This document shows, in pieces, positions 12,329 to 23,333 of a DNA stretch of 64,000 nucleotides (position 1 is the stretch's first letter; each line of letters begins with the position of its first letter). The translations under genes were made by a program, and so were the position numbers. This DNA comes from Lama guanicoe (Eukaryota): the NCBI GenBank assembly GCA_013239625.1, contig MU054187.1:15640941-15704940 (forward strand), in the 5' to 3' direction. The notes under the pieces are model-generated. The model saw nothing but the letters and a program-made list of their open reading frames with translations, had not been told where the DNA came from and ran no database searches.

Positions 12329-14589
12329 TTTAACATTTTTTATTGATTTATCATCATTTTACAATGTTGTGTCAAATTCCAGTGTTCAGCACAATTTTTC
12401 AGTCATTCATGGACTTATACACACTCATTGTCACATTTTTTTCTCTGTGATTTATCATAACATTTTGTGTATATTTCCCTGTGCTATACAGTGTAATCTT
12501 GTTTATCTATTCTACAATTTTGAAATCCCAGTCTATCCCTTCCCACCCTCTACCCCCCTGGTAACCACAAGTCTGTATTCTCTGTCCATGAGTCTTTAGA
12601 TTCCACATATGAGCGATCTCATATGGTATTTTTCTTTCTCTTTCTGGCTTACTTCACTTAATGTCATTCACTTAGAATGACATTCTCTAGAAGCATCCAT
12701 GTTGCTGCAAATGGCGTTATGTTGTCGGTTTTTATGGCTGAGTAGTATTCCATTGTATAAATATACCACATCTTCTTTATCTAGTCACCTATTGATGGAC
12801 ATTTAGGCTGTTTCCATGTTTTGGCTATTGTAAATAGTGCTGCTATGAACAGCAGGTGGGTGCAGGTGTCATCCTGAAGTAGATTTCCTTCTGGATACAA
12901 GCCCAGGAGTGGGATTCCAGGGTCATATGGTAAGTCTATTCCTAGTCTTTTGAGGAATCTCCACACTGTTTTCCATAGTGGCTGCACCAAACTGCATTCT
13001 CACCAGCAGTGTAGGAGGGTTCCCCTTTCTCCACAGCCTCTCCAGCATTTGTCATTTTTGGATTTTTGAATGACGGCCATTCTGACTGGTGTGAGGTGAT
13101 ACCTCATTGTAGTTTTGATTTGCATTTCTCTGATAATTAGTGATATTGAGCATTTTTTCATGTGCTTTTTGATCATTTGTATGTCTTCCTTGGAGAATTG
13201 CTTGTTTAGGTCTTCTGCCCATTTTTGGATTGGGTTGTTTATTTTTTTCTTATTGAGTCGTATGAGCTGCTTATATATTTTGGAGATCAAGCCTTTGTCG
13301 GTTTCACTTGCAAAAATTTTCTCCCATTCCGTAGGTTTTCTTCTTGTTTTATTTCTGGTTTCCTTTGCTCTGCAGAAGCTTGTAAGTTTCATTAGGTCCC
13401 ATTTGTTTATTCTTGCTTTTATTTCTTCTAGGAGAAAATTTTTGAAATGTATGTCAGATAATGTTTTGCCTATGTTTTCCTCTAGGAGGTTTATTGTATC
13501 TTGTCTTATGTTTAAGTCTTTAATCCATTTTGAGTTGATTTTTGTATATGGTGTAAGGGTGTGTTCTAGCTTCATTGTTTTACATGCTGCTGTCCAGTTT
13601 TCCCAACACCATTTGCTGAAGAGACTGTCTTTATTCCATTGTATATTCTTGCCTCCTTTGTCGAAGATGAGTTGACCAAAAGTTTGTGGGTTCATTTCTG
13701 GGCTCTCTATTCTGTTCCATTGGTCTATATGTCTGTTTTGGTACCAATACCATGCTGTCTTGATGACTGTAGCTCTATAGTATTGTCTGAAGTCTGGGAG
13801 AGTTATTCCTCCAGCCTCTTTCTTTCTCTTCAGTAATGCTTTAGCAATTCTAGGTCTTTGATGGTTCCATATAAATTTTATTATGATTTGTTCTAGTTCT
13901 GTGAAATATGTCCTGGGTAATTGGATAGGGATTGCATTAAATCTGTAGATTGCCTTGGGCAGTGTGACCATTTTAACAATATTGATTCTTCCAATCCAAG
14001 AGCATGGAATATCTTTCCATTTTTTAAAGTCTTCTTTAATTTCCTTCATCAATGGTTTATAGTTTTCTGTGTATAATTCTTTCACCTCCTTGGTTAGATT
14101 TATTCCCAGATATTTTATTACTTTGGGTGCTATTTTAAAGGGGATTGTTTCTTTACTTTCTTTTTCTGTTGATTTATCGTTAGTGTAAAGAAATGCAACT
14201 GATTTTTGAACATTAATTTTGTAACCTGCTACCTTGCTGAATTCTTCAATCAGCTCTAGTAGCTTTTGTGTGGACCTTTTAGGGTTTTCTATATATAGTA
14301 ACATGTCATCAGCATATAATGACACTTTTACCTCTTCTTTTCCAATTTGGATCCCTTTTATTTCTTTCTCTTGCCTGATTGCTGTGGCTAGGACTTCCAG
14401 GACTATGTTGAATAGGAGTGGTGATAGTGGGCATCCTTGTCTTGTCCCAGATTTTAGTGGGAAGCTTTTGAGTTTTTCACCGTTGAGAACTATGCTGGCT
14501 GTAGGTTTGTCATATATAGCTTTTATTATGTTGAGATATGTTCCCTCTATACCCATTTTGGCGAGAGTTTTTATCATAAATGGGTGTTG
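12329..14589 (-). mobile_element. Young 5'-truncated LINE-1 (about 2.26 kb: 3' part of ORF2, 3'UTR, short A tail)
   Basis: Perfect 13-bp TSD TATGATTCCTTTT at 12316-12328 and 14590-14602. Minus-strand target AT/AAAA resembles the L1 endonuclease site TT/AAAA. AATAAA and A tail at the left end. Truncated inside RT at QHPFMIKTL. Confidence 0.97.
12596..14589 (-). pseudogene. L1 ORF2p fragment: C-terminal part of the reverse transcriptase domain plus Cys-rich C-terminus; non-functional
   Basis: ORF 13000-14577 (525 aa) has [28 protein letters not shown] and HLTPVRMA...[15 protein letters not shown]. It continues in frame past TGA (13000-13002) and TAG (12781-12783); a 14-bp insertion near 12661 then shifts the frame before the natural TAA near 12596. 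No endonuclease domain, ORF1 or promoter. Confidence 0.95.
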
Positions 14590-14949
14590 TATGATTCCTT
14601 TTATGTGATTTCAAAAGCTAGAAAATCTAAACACTTTTTTCTACAATACATAGATGTTAATATTATTAATTACATTCTGTAAAGGGAGCAGTTGGAATAG
14701 TGATCAAAATCACATGTTAATGCTTGGTTATTTTGGCATATAGCAGGCAGGTGGGTATCTGGAGAGAGGCACAAATCGGGCTTTCACAGACCATCAGTGT
14801 TCTCTTTCTTCACTTGGGTGATGTTACTCAGTGTTTCATTTATTATTAATAGTTAACCTGTACAAATGTATTATATACATGCTGCTTTTTCTAGTATATT
14901 TTACAATTAAAAATAAAACAAACTGTTCCTTAGAGACAGTAGTGTGTTA

Positions 14950-15750
14950 GGTAATATCCTTGTATTCTGGAACTTTCAGCTACAGTAAAGGTAGACATTA
15001 ATTCAATAATTGCAATTACCATAGGCTTACTGAATGAGAAGTACATTGTGCTCTAAGACTGTGCAGTAGGTGATAAGATCTGATCAAGGAAGTGCAGAAT
15101 GGGCTTCATTGAGAAGGAGGGAATTGAGCTAATATCTAAATAATGAGTCAGAACGAACTTGGAAAAGAAGGAAGAAAGGTAAAAATATCCTTGTAGGGAA
15201 ACTGATATATGCAGAGGCTTTGTGGCACAGGTAGGAGCACTGTGAATATGAAGAAAAGAAAGACAATGCAGTCAGTGCAAGGAGAGAAACGAGTATTGTG
15301 AAGAATATTACTCAAAAGATATGTAGGTGTCAAAACACGCATCTTGTAGGTAATATTGAGGCTTTTGTCTTTCCTCAGAGTCATGAGATGCTGTCATGAT
15401 AATTCAAGTAGGGCGAGGATGTGAACAGATCTACATTTTGAATATATCGCCTTGGCTGCAGCTGAATGACTAACTGAGTGGGGACAAAAGTAGATATGGG
15501 TAGACCAGCCAAGCAACTGTTCAGTGGTCCAGGTAACACATGATGATAGCTTAGATGAAGGTTCTGGAGGAGGAGATGAGAAGATGTCGGCTGATTTCAG
15601 AAAAATTTTGAGGGCAGATGTAAGGGATTAGGGGATGAATTTGATATGGGGAGTGTGTAGGAGATACCTCAAAAATGATTTCTAAGTTTCTAGATTGCCT
15701 AAGTGAATGATGGTGGTAACTGAGAGAGGGAATATATGAAGAAGACCACA
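14950..15750 (-). mobile_element. L2
   Basis: Purine-rich antisense L2 motifs: TGAGCTAATATCTAAATAATGAG, GTGGTCCAGGTAACACATGATGATAGCTTAG, GATTTCTAAGTTTCTAG. Confidence 0.75.
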
Positions 15751-16899
15751 GGCTACGAAAAACTCTGTATATTGTTTATTCAGATGTGTACATATAAATG
15801 TGTACATTTTAGACCTCTGAGAGCAGATACCGATCTGATTTAGACTCTCAAAGATATATTTTTTATAATGTTTGTATTTTGTCTTGAACTGAATTTTCAA
15901 TATGGTATAAGACCATTTTTTTCCTCCCTTCTTCTTTAGACAACAGACAGAAATATGAATATAAAGGAAGTCTTTATTGTCTCCTTCTCTCTTCCATTTT
16001 AATTTCCAAACCATCACCCATAGGAATCTTGGACTCTAGAAAGAAAAGGATTATTGGTCCTTTGCTGCTCACCATGGTTAAAATAATGCCCTCTCTCAGG
16101 AATGAAACGAGTAGTGTCCTTTGGACAAAGGAGTTGGGAAAATTGGCAATTAATATGAAAAAGAAAAAAAGTGGATCCCACCTCACACTTAACATAAAAA
16201 TCAATTCCAATTGGGTTAATAATTTACATTTAAAAAGGGACATAGAAAATATTTTTCTGATCTTTTTCCATGAAATGATTACTTTTGAAAAGCAGCACAA
16301 CCGTAAAGAAATAGGTTGATAAATTTCACTTCATTCAAATTAAGAGCTTTGCCCATGGAAAGGCTCTACAGGAACAGTGAAACAACAGACCAAAAGTGGG
16401 AAGAAAATGTTTACCTTGCCCATGACCAGCACAGTTTAGAATCTGGAATATATAAAAAGTTGGTATCAGTTAAGAAAAAGACAAACAACCAATAGGGAAG
16501 CAGAGATAAGGCATAGATAGGCATTTCATAAAAAAGGAATCAAAAAAGCCAAGAAACATTGTAGACACGCTGGCACTGATCTGTAATAATGGAAAGGCAA
16601 ATTTAAACTAAAATGAATATTGTGTTTCACCATGTTTCCAGGAATAAATGACAATAGCAGCATGAGTGAGCAACGGAAACTGGCATACACTTAGGTGACA
16701 GCGTGTCCTTGTACAATGCTTTAGAAAACTATTTGGAATTAATGGTGAAGTTAAGCAATAACACTGTGAGCCAGCAGTTCCAGTGCTAAGTACTTCAGGG
16801 GGTACTTCTCAAACTATCCAAGACAAAGAAACCTTTTTTTAAAAAAAAAGTCCCTCTTTCTTCCCTTTCCTTCCTCCCTCTGTTCTTCCTTCTTTGTCT

Positions 16900-17490
16900 T
16901 CCAATATGGTTATTATATTCATTTGAAATACAATTTAACTTTATTTGTTCCATTTTAAGTTTTTTTTCTGCTTCTCATTCTTATTTACTTTGATTTGGTA
17001 GTATGTGTGTTATACTTTCAGAGTGAAAATGAGATTTATATATATATAAATAGATTACTTATAGGAGCCATACTTTCTCTTGTATCCCTTCCACTCTATC
17101 CCCCTGTCGTACGTAACCAACTTCATTAGGATTTTTTGCAGTGGTTAGAAGATTTATTTTTCTTTCTTTCACAGATGGGGCTATTATAAATGCTTTCTGC
17201 CCTTTGATTTATTTCCTCTACTTCATAATATATTTTTGGGATTTTCTCCATATCAGTTCATGAAGATCTTTCTTATTCTTTTTTGTAGCTGCATAGTACT
17301 CTATCATGTCTATGTGTCACAGTATGTACAACTAACATCCTAGGTTGGATACTTAGGTATTCTTGCAACTACAAACAGCCCATAATTAATAGCATTCTGT
17401 GTGTGTGGATTGTTGGAGCTGCATTGCTGGATCAATTTGCAGTAATGGGATTGGAGCATTAAAGGGCAAGCAAGTATATTTATTTTTCAC
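16900..17490 (-). mobile_element. L1M 3' fragment nested inside the Charlie element
   Basis: TTTTTGTAGCTGCATAGTACTCTATC...TTGGATACTTAGGT...ACTACAAACAG...AGTAATGGGATTG. Confidence 0.6.
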
Positions 17491-18823
17491 TTTATGCAAA
17501 ATAAACCTAGTCATTCAGTATTTTAAAATTTATTTTCAATCCTCCATCAGTTATCTATTATAACTTATAGTTAAATTATTTAGTTAAATTTATAGTTAAA
17601 TTATTTATATTAATAAATATATTATTAAATATATAAATGTGAACGCTTTTGACGAAAAGCAAAATCCAAAGTACTTCTTCAAACACATAGGACCCAATGA
17701 TAAGTTTTTGCTCATGGGCAATGTCAAGATCACCACTGTTTTACTAATAATGTTCTTAAATTATCAGACATTTCATAATAATCTAAAAACTTTGGTCTAT
17801 TAGGTATCTAACTTTCAATTTTGCTTTACATATACCATTGAAGAAATATGCATTCATTATTTTGCATAGAAATGTTAAGAGCATTAAATATACCAAGGAC
17901 AAAAAGAATTAAGCAAATCTGGCTGTCCAATTCACATCTTTAAATAACAGGGATCAAAACAGTTTAATAAATTACAGAAACTCTAACTGTTCATATATAT
18001 GAACAAACATTCTCTCCAGAAAATTTCCTTTATTTAACCTTGTCTCTCTCCATGAAATAAGAGATTATTTTAAATAATCAGATTATGTATTGTACCATAA
18101 TAAAAAGAATAAATTCTAATTTGAAATACTACCCTTTAAAGAAGTCACAATTTTCACTCTATCACTGAGACATTCTGTTTTTCATAGCATGTGTTTTTCA
18201 GTGAAGAAATAAGAGTGTTGACTTATATTCTGATGAAGACTCCTTAATCTGGGTACCTGTTCCAGAATATGCTCTTGTCCTTGCAGCTGTGCCATCAAAA
18301 CATACTCTTAGTGAAACTTAAACTCCTAACTGTTGTTTTGTCTATGTCATTCTAAAGTTTTACAGATTCATAGCTGACTGCATTTGTCACCAATAAAGTT
18401 GAAAAGTATTTCTTTACATCACGATTATGTACAATTTAGATGTATTAAAATACTTGCCACGTTAGTGATATCTTTGTATTTGTCAAGCTCCTAGGTGCAT
18501 TTGTTCTGTGAATTGTCCCTCGTTTTCCCTCAGTTTCTATGCACTGTTGAACTATGCTGTCATTGGAAAGTGGTACTTGAGCTGCCTTCTTTGCTGCAGA
18601 TACAGCCATCATGTTTAAGCACACATTTTGGATGCAGTCCTTCAGTGATGTTTCAGCAAAGTTTATGTATTTCCAGTCTTAGCAACACCAAGTGCTTTTT
18701 TAAAAAGCCTGTAAAGTGCTAATGTCTAAATGGGAAATATCAAACGTTAGCCTCTATCAGCCTTATAATTCAATACTCTTGTTTCAAGGAATTCTTTTGA
18801 TTTTGAGCTTACTGCTTTAGTTT

Positions 18824-18845
18824 TGTGTGTGTGTGTGTGTGTGTG
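18824..18845. repeat. (TG)11 microsatellite inside the Charlie transposase remnant
   Basis: Read directly from the sequence. Confidence 0.95.
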
Positions 18846-21532
18846 TTAATGCTTCATTAGCCAGTAGATCCCTCAAATAACACATTGCATTTTCACACTT
18901 TATTAACAGTTATAGCAAGAAATTTTAATTGAATACAAGAGAGATAATGTTCCGGGGTAAAACATAATGGACATTTGGTCTTCATTTCTTTGAAATCACT
19001 TCCTTTGTCATGATTTTGTTGACTGCAACTGCTCCATTCTTGAAAGATATATCTTTTCTTAGCAACAGTAACAAAATCCAGTGAAGTTACATTGCTGTCA
19101 ATAAAACAGGCCTTAAGAATAAATAACACAAATTTTACTCCTCTAATTTAGCTACAATGTTAAATCATAAATTTAAAAAGCAGGCTTAATTAAAACTGAA
19201 AAGACTGTACAGATATTTATAATATATATAATCATATTTTATCTGATTTTTATTTACTTTTGGATTTTGATTACCAGTCTAATCTTAATATCACATGATC
19301 CTACTACTCATGATTCGTATGTGGTTTCTGTCGCATTGTGACTCACCACGTGGGTTCAACACCATCAAACTGATGAAACCTTGTTATATGAGATGAGTTC
19401 ACTGATTGTGAGTTTAGATATTGCAGCAAAGTCCAATTCTGTTAAAGTTTCTAAATGATTACCCTCCATGTCTGTATTTATCTCATCATGGACTGGTAAC
19501 AAACAATTCATGAACTGGCTTGGGTCCACAAACCACGTGTTGGTATGTATACCTGGAAACATATGGCAGAATATTTGTAGCAGCACTGTTTGCAGAAGCA
19601 AAAATTGGAAACACCCAAAATGTCTATCAATAGTAGAATGGAAAAAGCACTATGGTATATTCACATGATGATTTACTATAAAGCAGACAAAGTACATAAA
19701 TCACTCCTCTGCCCATCAACCTCCATAAATCTCATAAACACAATGTTCAGAAAAAAATCAAGTCAAAGAATATGTTATAGTAATGTTTCATTTCTATAAA
19801 GAACCAAAATGGAAGCGACCAGACAGTAAATCGTTGTTATTTATTTGTAGAAATGTGGTAAAACTCAAAGTAAGCAATTATTAGGACAGGCTGGCAATTA
19901 ACTCTAGGAGTGGGGATTCAATAAGGAAAGGTACCCAGGGGACTTCAAAGTCACTGTTGATGTTCTAGTTCATCAAGTGAGTATGAGTCATATGGATATT
20001 TGTTTCATTACTATTATTAAACTGAATAGATATTAAGTTTTATTTTGTACATACTGAAGTTTGATATAAAATTACTAAAATTGCAAATATGCAAGACTTT
20101 AAAATTAGGATTTTTCTGAAAGACTTATGAAAGATGTGAATTATAAGATATTCCTGGATGGTAAGACTCAGAACTATAAAGCTTTGAGTCCACATGAATA
20201 TATACATTTGGTCCAATTCCAATCAGAAAAGTAATAAACAACAACAAAAAAAGCAAAATAAAATTCAAAAAGTAATATCCATAAATATTCTAAGGTCTTG
20301 AGGGACAGGAAGTCATTATTCTAAACTGAGTTTCAAGTGTAGGGATGTGATCAGAGCAACATAAAAATCTTGTTCTTAAGGTGTTTGGGGATAAAAAAAT
20401 AATAATGAGATGTCCACATTCAGTGAGCTGGCCAGACCTGTTTTAGAAGGAATGCTCAGATCACTGTGACTGAAAATCACAACAGCACAAAAGGTGCCAA
20501 ATCTCAGAGCCTACTACTTAGTGACCTCATAATTTTAATCAAATCACTTAACTGCATTATCTGGCTTTCCAGTATCTAAAATGAAAAGAACAGCATTAAG
20601 AACTTCTGAGAATTATGGAAAACTCTGTGAAAAGACATATATTAAAAGTTTAATATTATACATTGGTAGACAAAAATTATTTACTTAGCCTCATGCTAAT
20701 GAAAAATTTTATGAAATGAGTTTTTTTTTTTGCAAGTTTACTTTTGAGTATGGTGTACATAGTATTGTAGTGTGATTTTTTTCACCTATGTTGTGAACAT
20801 CTGTCTATGCCAATCTTTCTCTGTAGTTGATAAATTAAATAAATTATAACTTTTTCTATATTTGTCATTTGACAAAATAAATTATTATGAAGCATCCCTC
20901 TCTCCATTCCCCTCCCCCCTCCCCCCACAAAAGCTAGAAATTATAAGTATGAATGAATAAGAGTGAATTGCCACACTGGATATTAATTGAATTTTACAAA
21001 TTAATAACTAAAGCTCTGTAGTAGTGATTTGAGAAAAGAAGACTAGAGCAGTGAAACAGTATAAAAGCTCTGAAACAGATCCTAATGTTTATAAATTCAT
21101 GATATATAACAGAGGATATAAATCTAAATATATACATATAATATACAAATTATTATAATACATCTCTGGAAAAACTATTCAGAAAGTACTGCTGGATGCC
21201 ATTTGGAATGAATAATTGTGAATGAAATATAAAGATAGTGAAAAAAACACATTAAAGAAGGGCAGATATCTATCTGATCTTGGGATAACAAAACTATAAA
21301 CATAAAACAATGTGAGAAACTATAAAAGCAAGTAATGATAGATGTGATAGAAGATAAATATTATATAAACTACATAGAAACATCATAACATAAAAATAAA
21401 ACAACTATGGATATTATTGTCCATAAATATTACAGGCATATATTTAAATTCCTAACATACAAAGAACTCCATAAATTGAGAAGAAAAATTATCAAACTTA
21501 AATGATATAAGTTTACAAAAACTCAGCTTTCC

Positions 21533-22216
21533 TGTATATTAATTAGGATTAAAATTATGCTAGTAGAACTCAATATCCCCAAGGAGTTGCTCCTATAAAA
21601 TAGAAATCTCTTTCTTTCCCACATAACTAGCCTAAAGTCTCTGTTCTGGGTTGAATGATATTTGTGTTTCACGTGGTTATTTGGGGACTTGGGTCATTTC
21701 TCTCTTGTTGCTTTGCCATCTCCCAGGGTAGCTTTTAGCATTCTGTCCTGTAAAGGGCCAGATAGCAAATACTATAGGATTTGAGGCTTATGATGTCTAT
21801 TGCAATTACTCAGTCCTGCAGTTGTAGGCAAAAGTGGCTATAGACGGTACATAAACAAATGGGTATAACTATGTTCCAATACAACTTTATTTACTAAAGC
21901 AGGCAGCTCTTTAGTTTGATGACCCTTGCCCCAGGGTATTGTCTTGCCCTGCTTGGTTGATGCTAAATCACGGGCACATTTGCATTCCAGCTTGCAGGAA
22001 GCAGAGAGCCTGGAGGATTCAATGCACAATATCTTAACACCTAGACACGGAAGTAGTAAGCATCACTTTTGATCACATTCCATTGGTGCAAACTTAGCGA
22101 CATGACTTCACCCAGTTGCAAAGGCAGATGAAAAATGGGGTCTCCAAATCCAAAGTGCCCAATTATAAATCTCTTGCTGTGGAAGAAGGAATATGTCATT
22201 GCTAGTTGTCTCTGTC
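21533..22216 (-). mobile_element. Old MaLR LTR (MLT1J/K/L-like) interrupted by MER58
   Basis: TGTATATTAATTAGGATTA...CATCACTTTTGATCACATTCCATTGG...ACTTAGCGACATG...TGCAAAGGCAGATGAAAAATG...GTCTCTGTCA. Confidence 0.7.
21729..21928. mobile_element. hAT-Charlie MITE, MER58A-like
   Basis: CTGTAAAGGGCCAGATAGCAAATA...TGTTCCAATACAACTTTATTTAC...TAGTTTGATGACCCTTG. 8-bp hAT TSD (T/C)CCCAGGG at 21721-21728 and 21929-21936. Confidence 0.85.
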
Positions 22217-22369
22217 AAACTGGTAATCAAATACATTCAAAATGACTTTATAATTTTATAATAAATGATATAAATAGATATTGTCAAAGAACAAAAGTTA
22301 CAACATCCAGTGTTGGCATTATACATTATTAGTGGTTGCAGTAGCAACATTTATAATAACAAATAACTG

Positions 22370-22590
22370 TTGCAATCTTAATATGTGCCCAACATCCTTT
22401 AGCCCTAACATAACCTCAAGTCCTGTTAGCCACGACAGCACTCAAAAGATGGGTACATTTATTGTTACCACTTACAAAATGAGTATCTGAGTTTTAAAGA
22501 GTTTAAAATCTAAAGTACACAATTAGTAAGTGTTTGAGTCCTAATTCCACTCCAGGCACTCCTGGTCCAAAGCCTGTACTCTTCACTAAT
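22370..22590 (-). mobile_element. MIR
   Basis: CCACTTACAAAATGAGTATCTGAG...AAAGTACACAATTAGTAAGT...TCCAAAGCCTGTACTCTT. Confidence 0.65.
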
Positions 22591-23200
22591 GGGTGATGAA
22601 AATAGGACCACTTCTGTGGAGAGTGCATTAGCACTGTGGGTCAAAATCTAGAGAAATTTGTACCATCTGACTTAATGATTCTGCTTCTAGGATATTTTCC
22701 TCTTTTAAAATAATTAATGATATAGTCAATGCTCAAGGCAGACTGTTGTGTAAAAAGAAGAGAAAAAATTGAAAAAAACTTCAAATAGAGAACAATCTAT
22801 GTATAGCATATATTTGTAAGCATGAATGTGTAATATGTGCACATTCATGTATAATGTATACCTGTATACAAATATATGTGTATATCTAATGTAAGAAAAT
22901 ATAAGAAGAGGTAATTTAGATGATAAAATGATAGATTTTTAACTATTTTTCTCCATTTATTAAAATTTTCAATAATAGGTGTGCATTTTGTTTACACTCA
23001 AATATGAATGCTGATAATTAAAAAGGACTTTCTAACTACCAAGCCTAAAATTTTTTAGTGCTAATATAATGCTTAATCTAGTTAATCAAGCAAGAACGAA
23101 TATTTTTAGAAAACTGATTAAATCAAGTAAATTAAATTTAGATGAGATTCATTTTATATAATAAGCATATTCTTCAGTTACGTAAAGAGTGTATTATCCA

Positions 23201-23333
23201 GGGGGCGGTATAGCTCAGTAGTAGAGCATGTGCTTAGCATGCACGAAGTCCTGGATTCAATCCCCAGCACTTCCATTAAAGATACATAAATAAACAAAAA
23301 TAAATAAAAAACCAAATTACCCCCTCTCCAAAA
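23201..23333 (+). mobile_element. Full-length camelid Vic-1-type SINE with tRNA-Ala(AGC)-derived head
   Basis: Head GGTATAGCTCAGTAGTAGAGCATGTGCTTAGCATGCACGAAGTCCTGGATTCAATCCCCAGCACTTCCA (A and B boxes), A-rich linker, AATTACCCCCTCTCC and A tail. 16-bp TSD AAAGAGTGTATT(A/T)TCC at 23184-23199 and 23334-23349. Confidence 0.93.

Larger units (their letters stand above)
11900..14915 (+). mobile_element. Ancient L1M (L1ME-like) 3' fragment split by the young L1
   Basis: CATACAATGCAGTACTAT...CAACATGGTTGAATCTCAGAAAC...TGAATGAAAGAAGC before 12316 resumes after 14602 (ATGATTCCTTTTATGTGATTTCAAAA...CTTGGGTGATGTTACTCAGTGTT), typical of an old L1 3'UTR. Confidence 0.7.
16800..19545 (-). mobile_element. 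hAT-Charlie (Charlie2-like, Buster/ZBED-type) DNA transposon with decayed transposase
   Basis: Terminal motif GTACTTCTCAAACTATC. Minus-strand translation gives BED remnant QCVI*G..LANEAL (near 18850-18890), FAETSLKDCIQNVCLNMMAVSAAKKAAQVPLSND (18558-18660), ELDKYKDITNV and VCFDGTAARTRAYSGTGTQIKE...FLH*KTHAMK (18180-18305). Confidence 0.85.
16110..20070 (+). mobile_element. Old L1M ORF2-end/3'UTR split by the Charlie element (16110-16799 and 19546-20070)
   Basis: GGATCCCACCTCACACTTAACATAAAAATCAATTCCA...CCAGCAGTTCCAGTGCTAAGTA resumes with GAATATTTGTAGCAGCACTGTTTG...AATTGGAAACACCCAAAATGTCTATCAATAG. Confidence 0.75.
20900..23000 (+). mobile_element. Decayed L1M fragments hosting MLT1, MER58 and MIR insertions
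   Basis: GAAACAGATCC, TCTGATCTTGGG, AAAGAACTCC, GACCACTTCTGTGGAGAG and ATTCTGCTTCTAGGATATT motifs in L1 order. Confidence 0.55.

Noticed and set aside
13000..14577. 525-aa reverse transcriptase ORF as a novel RT system or host gene
   Set aside because: It is an ordinary 5'-truncated L1 ORF2 inside a TSD-flanked insertion, lacking promoter, endonuclease and the N-terminal RT motifs.
13115..14608. Plus-strand ORFs of 186, 65 and 124 aa
   Set aside because: Antisense shadows of L1 ORF2.
17563..17612. Three near-tandem TAGTTAAATT units as an array
   Set aside because: Low-complexity AT slippage repeat with no unique spacers; not CRISPR-like.
16800..19545. Domesticated ZBED-type gene or processed pseudogene of one
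   Set aside because: Multiple stops and frameshifts, transposon-like termini, nested insertions and no poly(A) tail point to a dead transposon copy.
23201..23275. tRNA-Ala(AGC) gene (also 44770-44843 and 55858-55930)
   Set aside because: Stem mismatches, A-rich tails and TSDs identify these as SINE heads.
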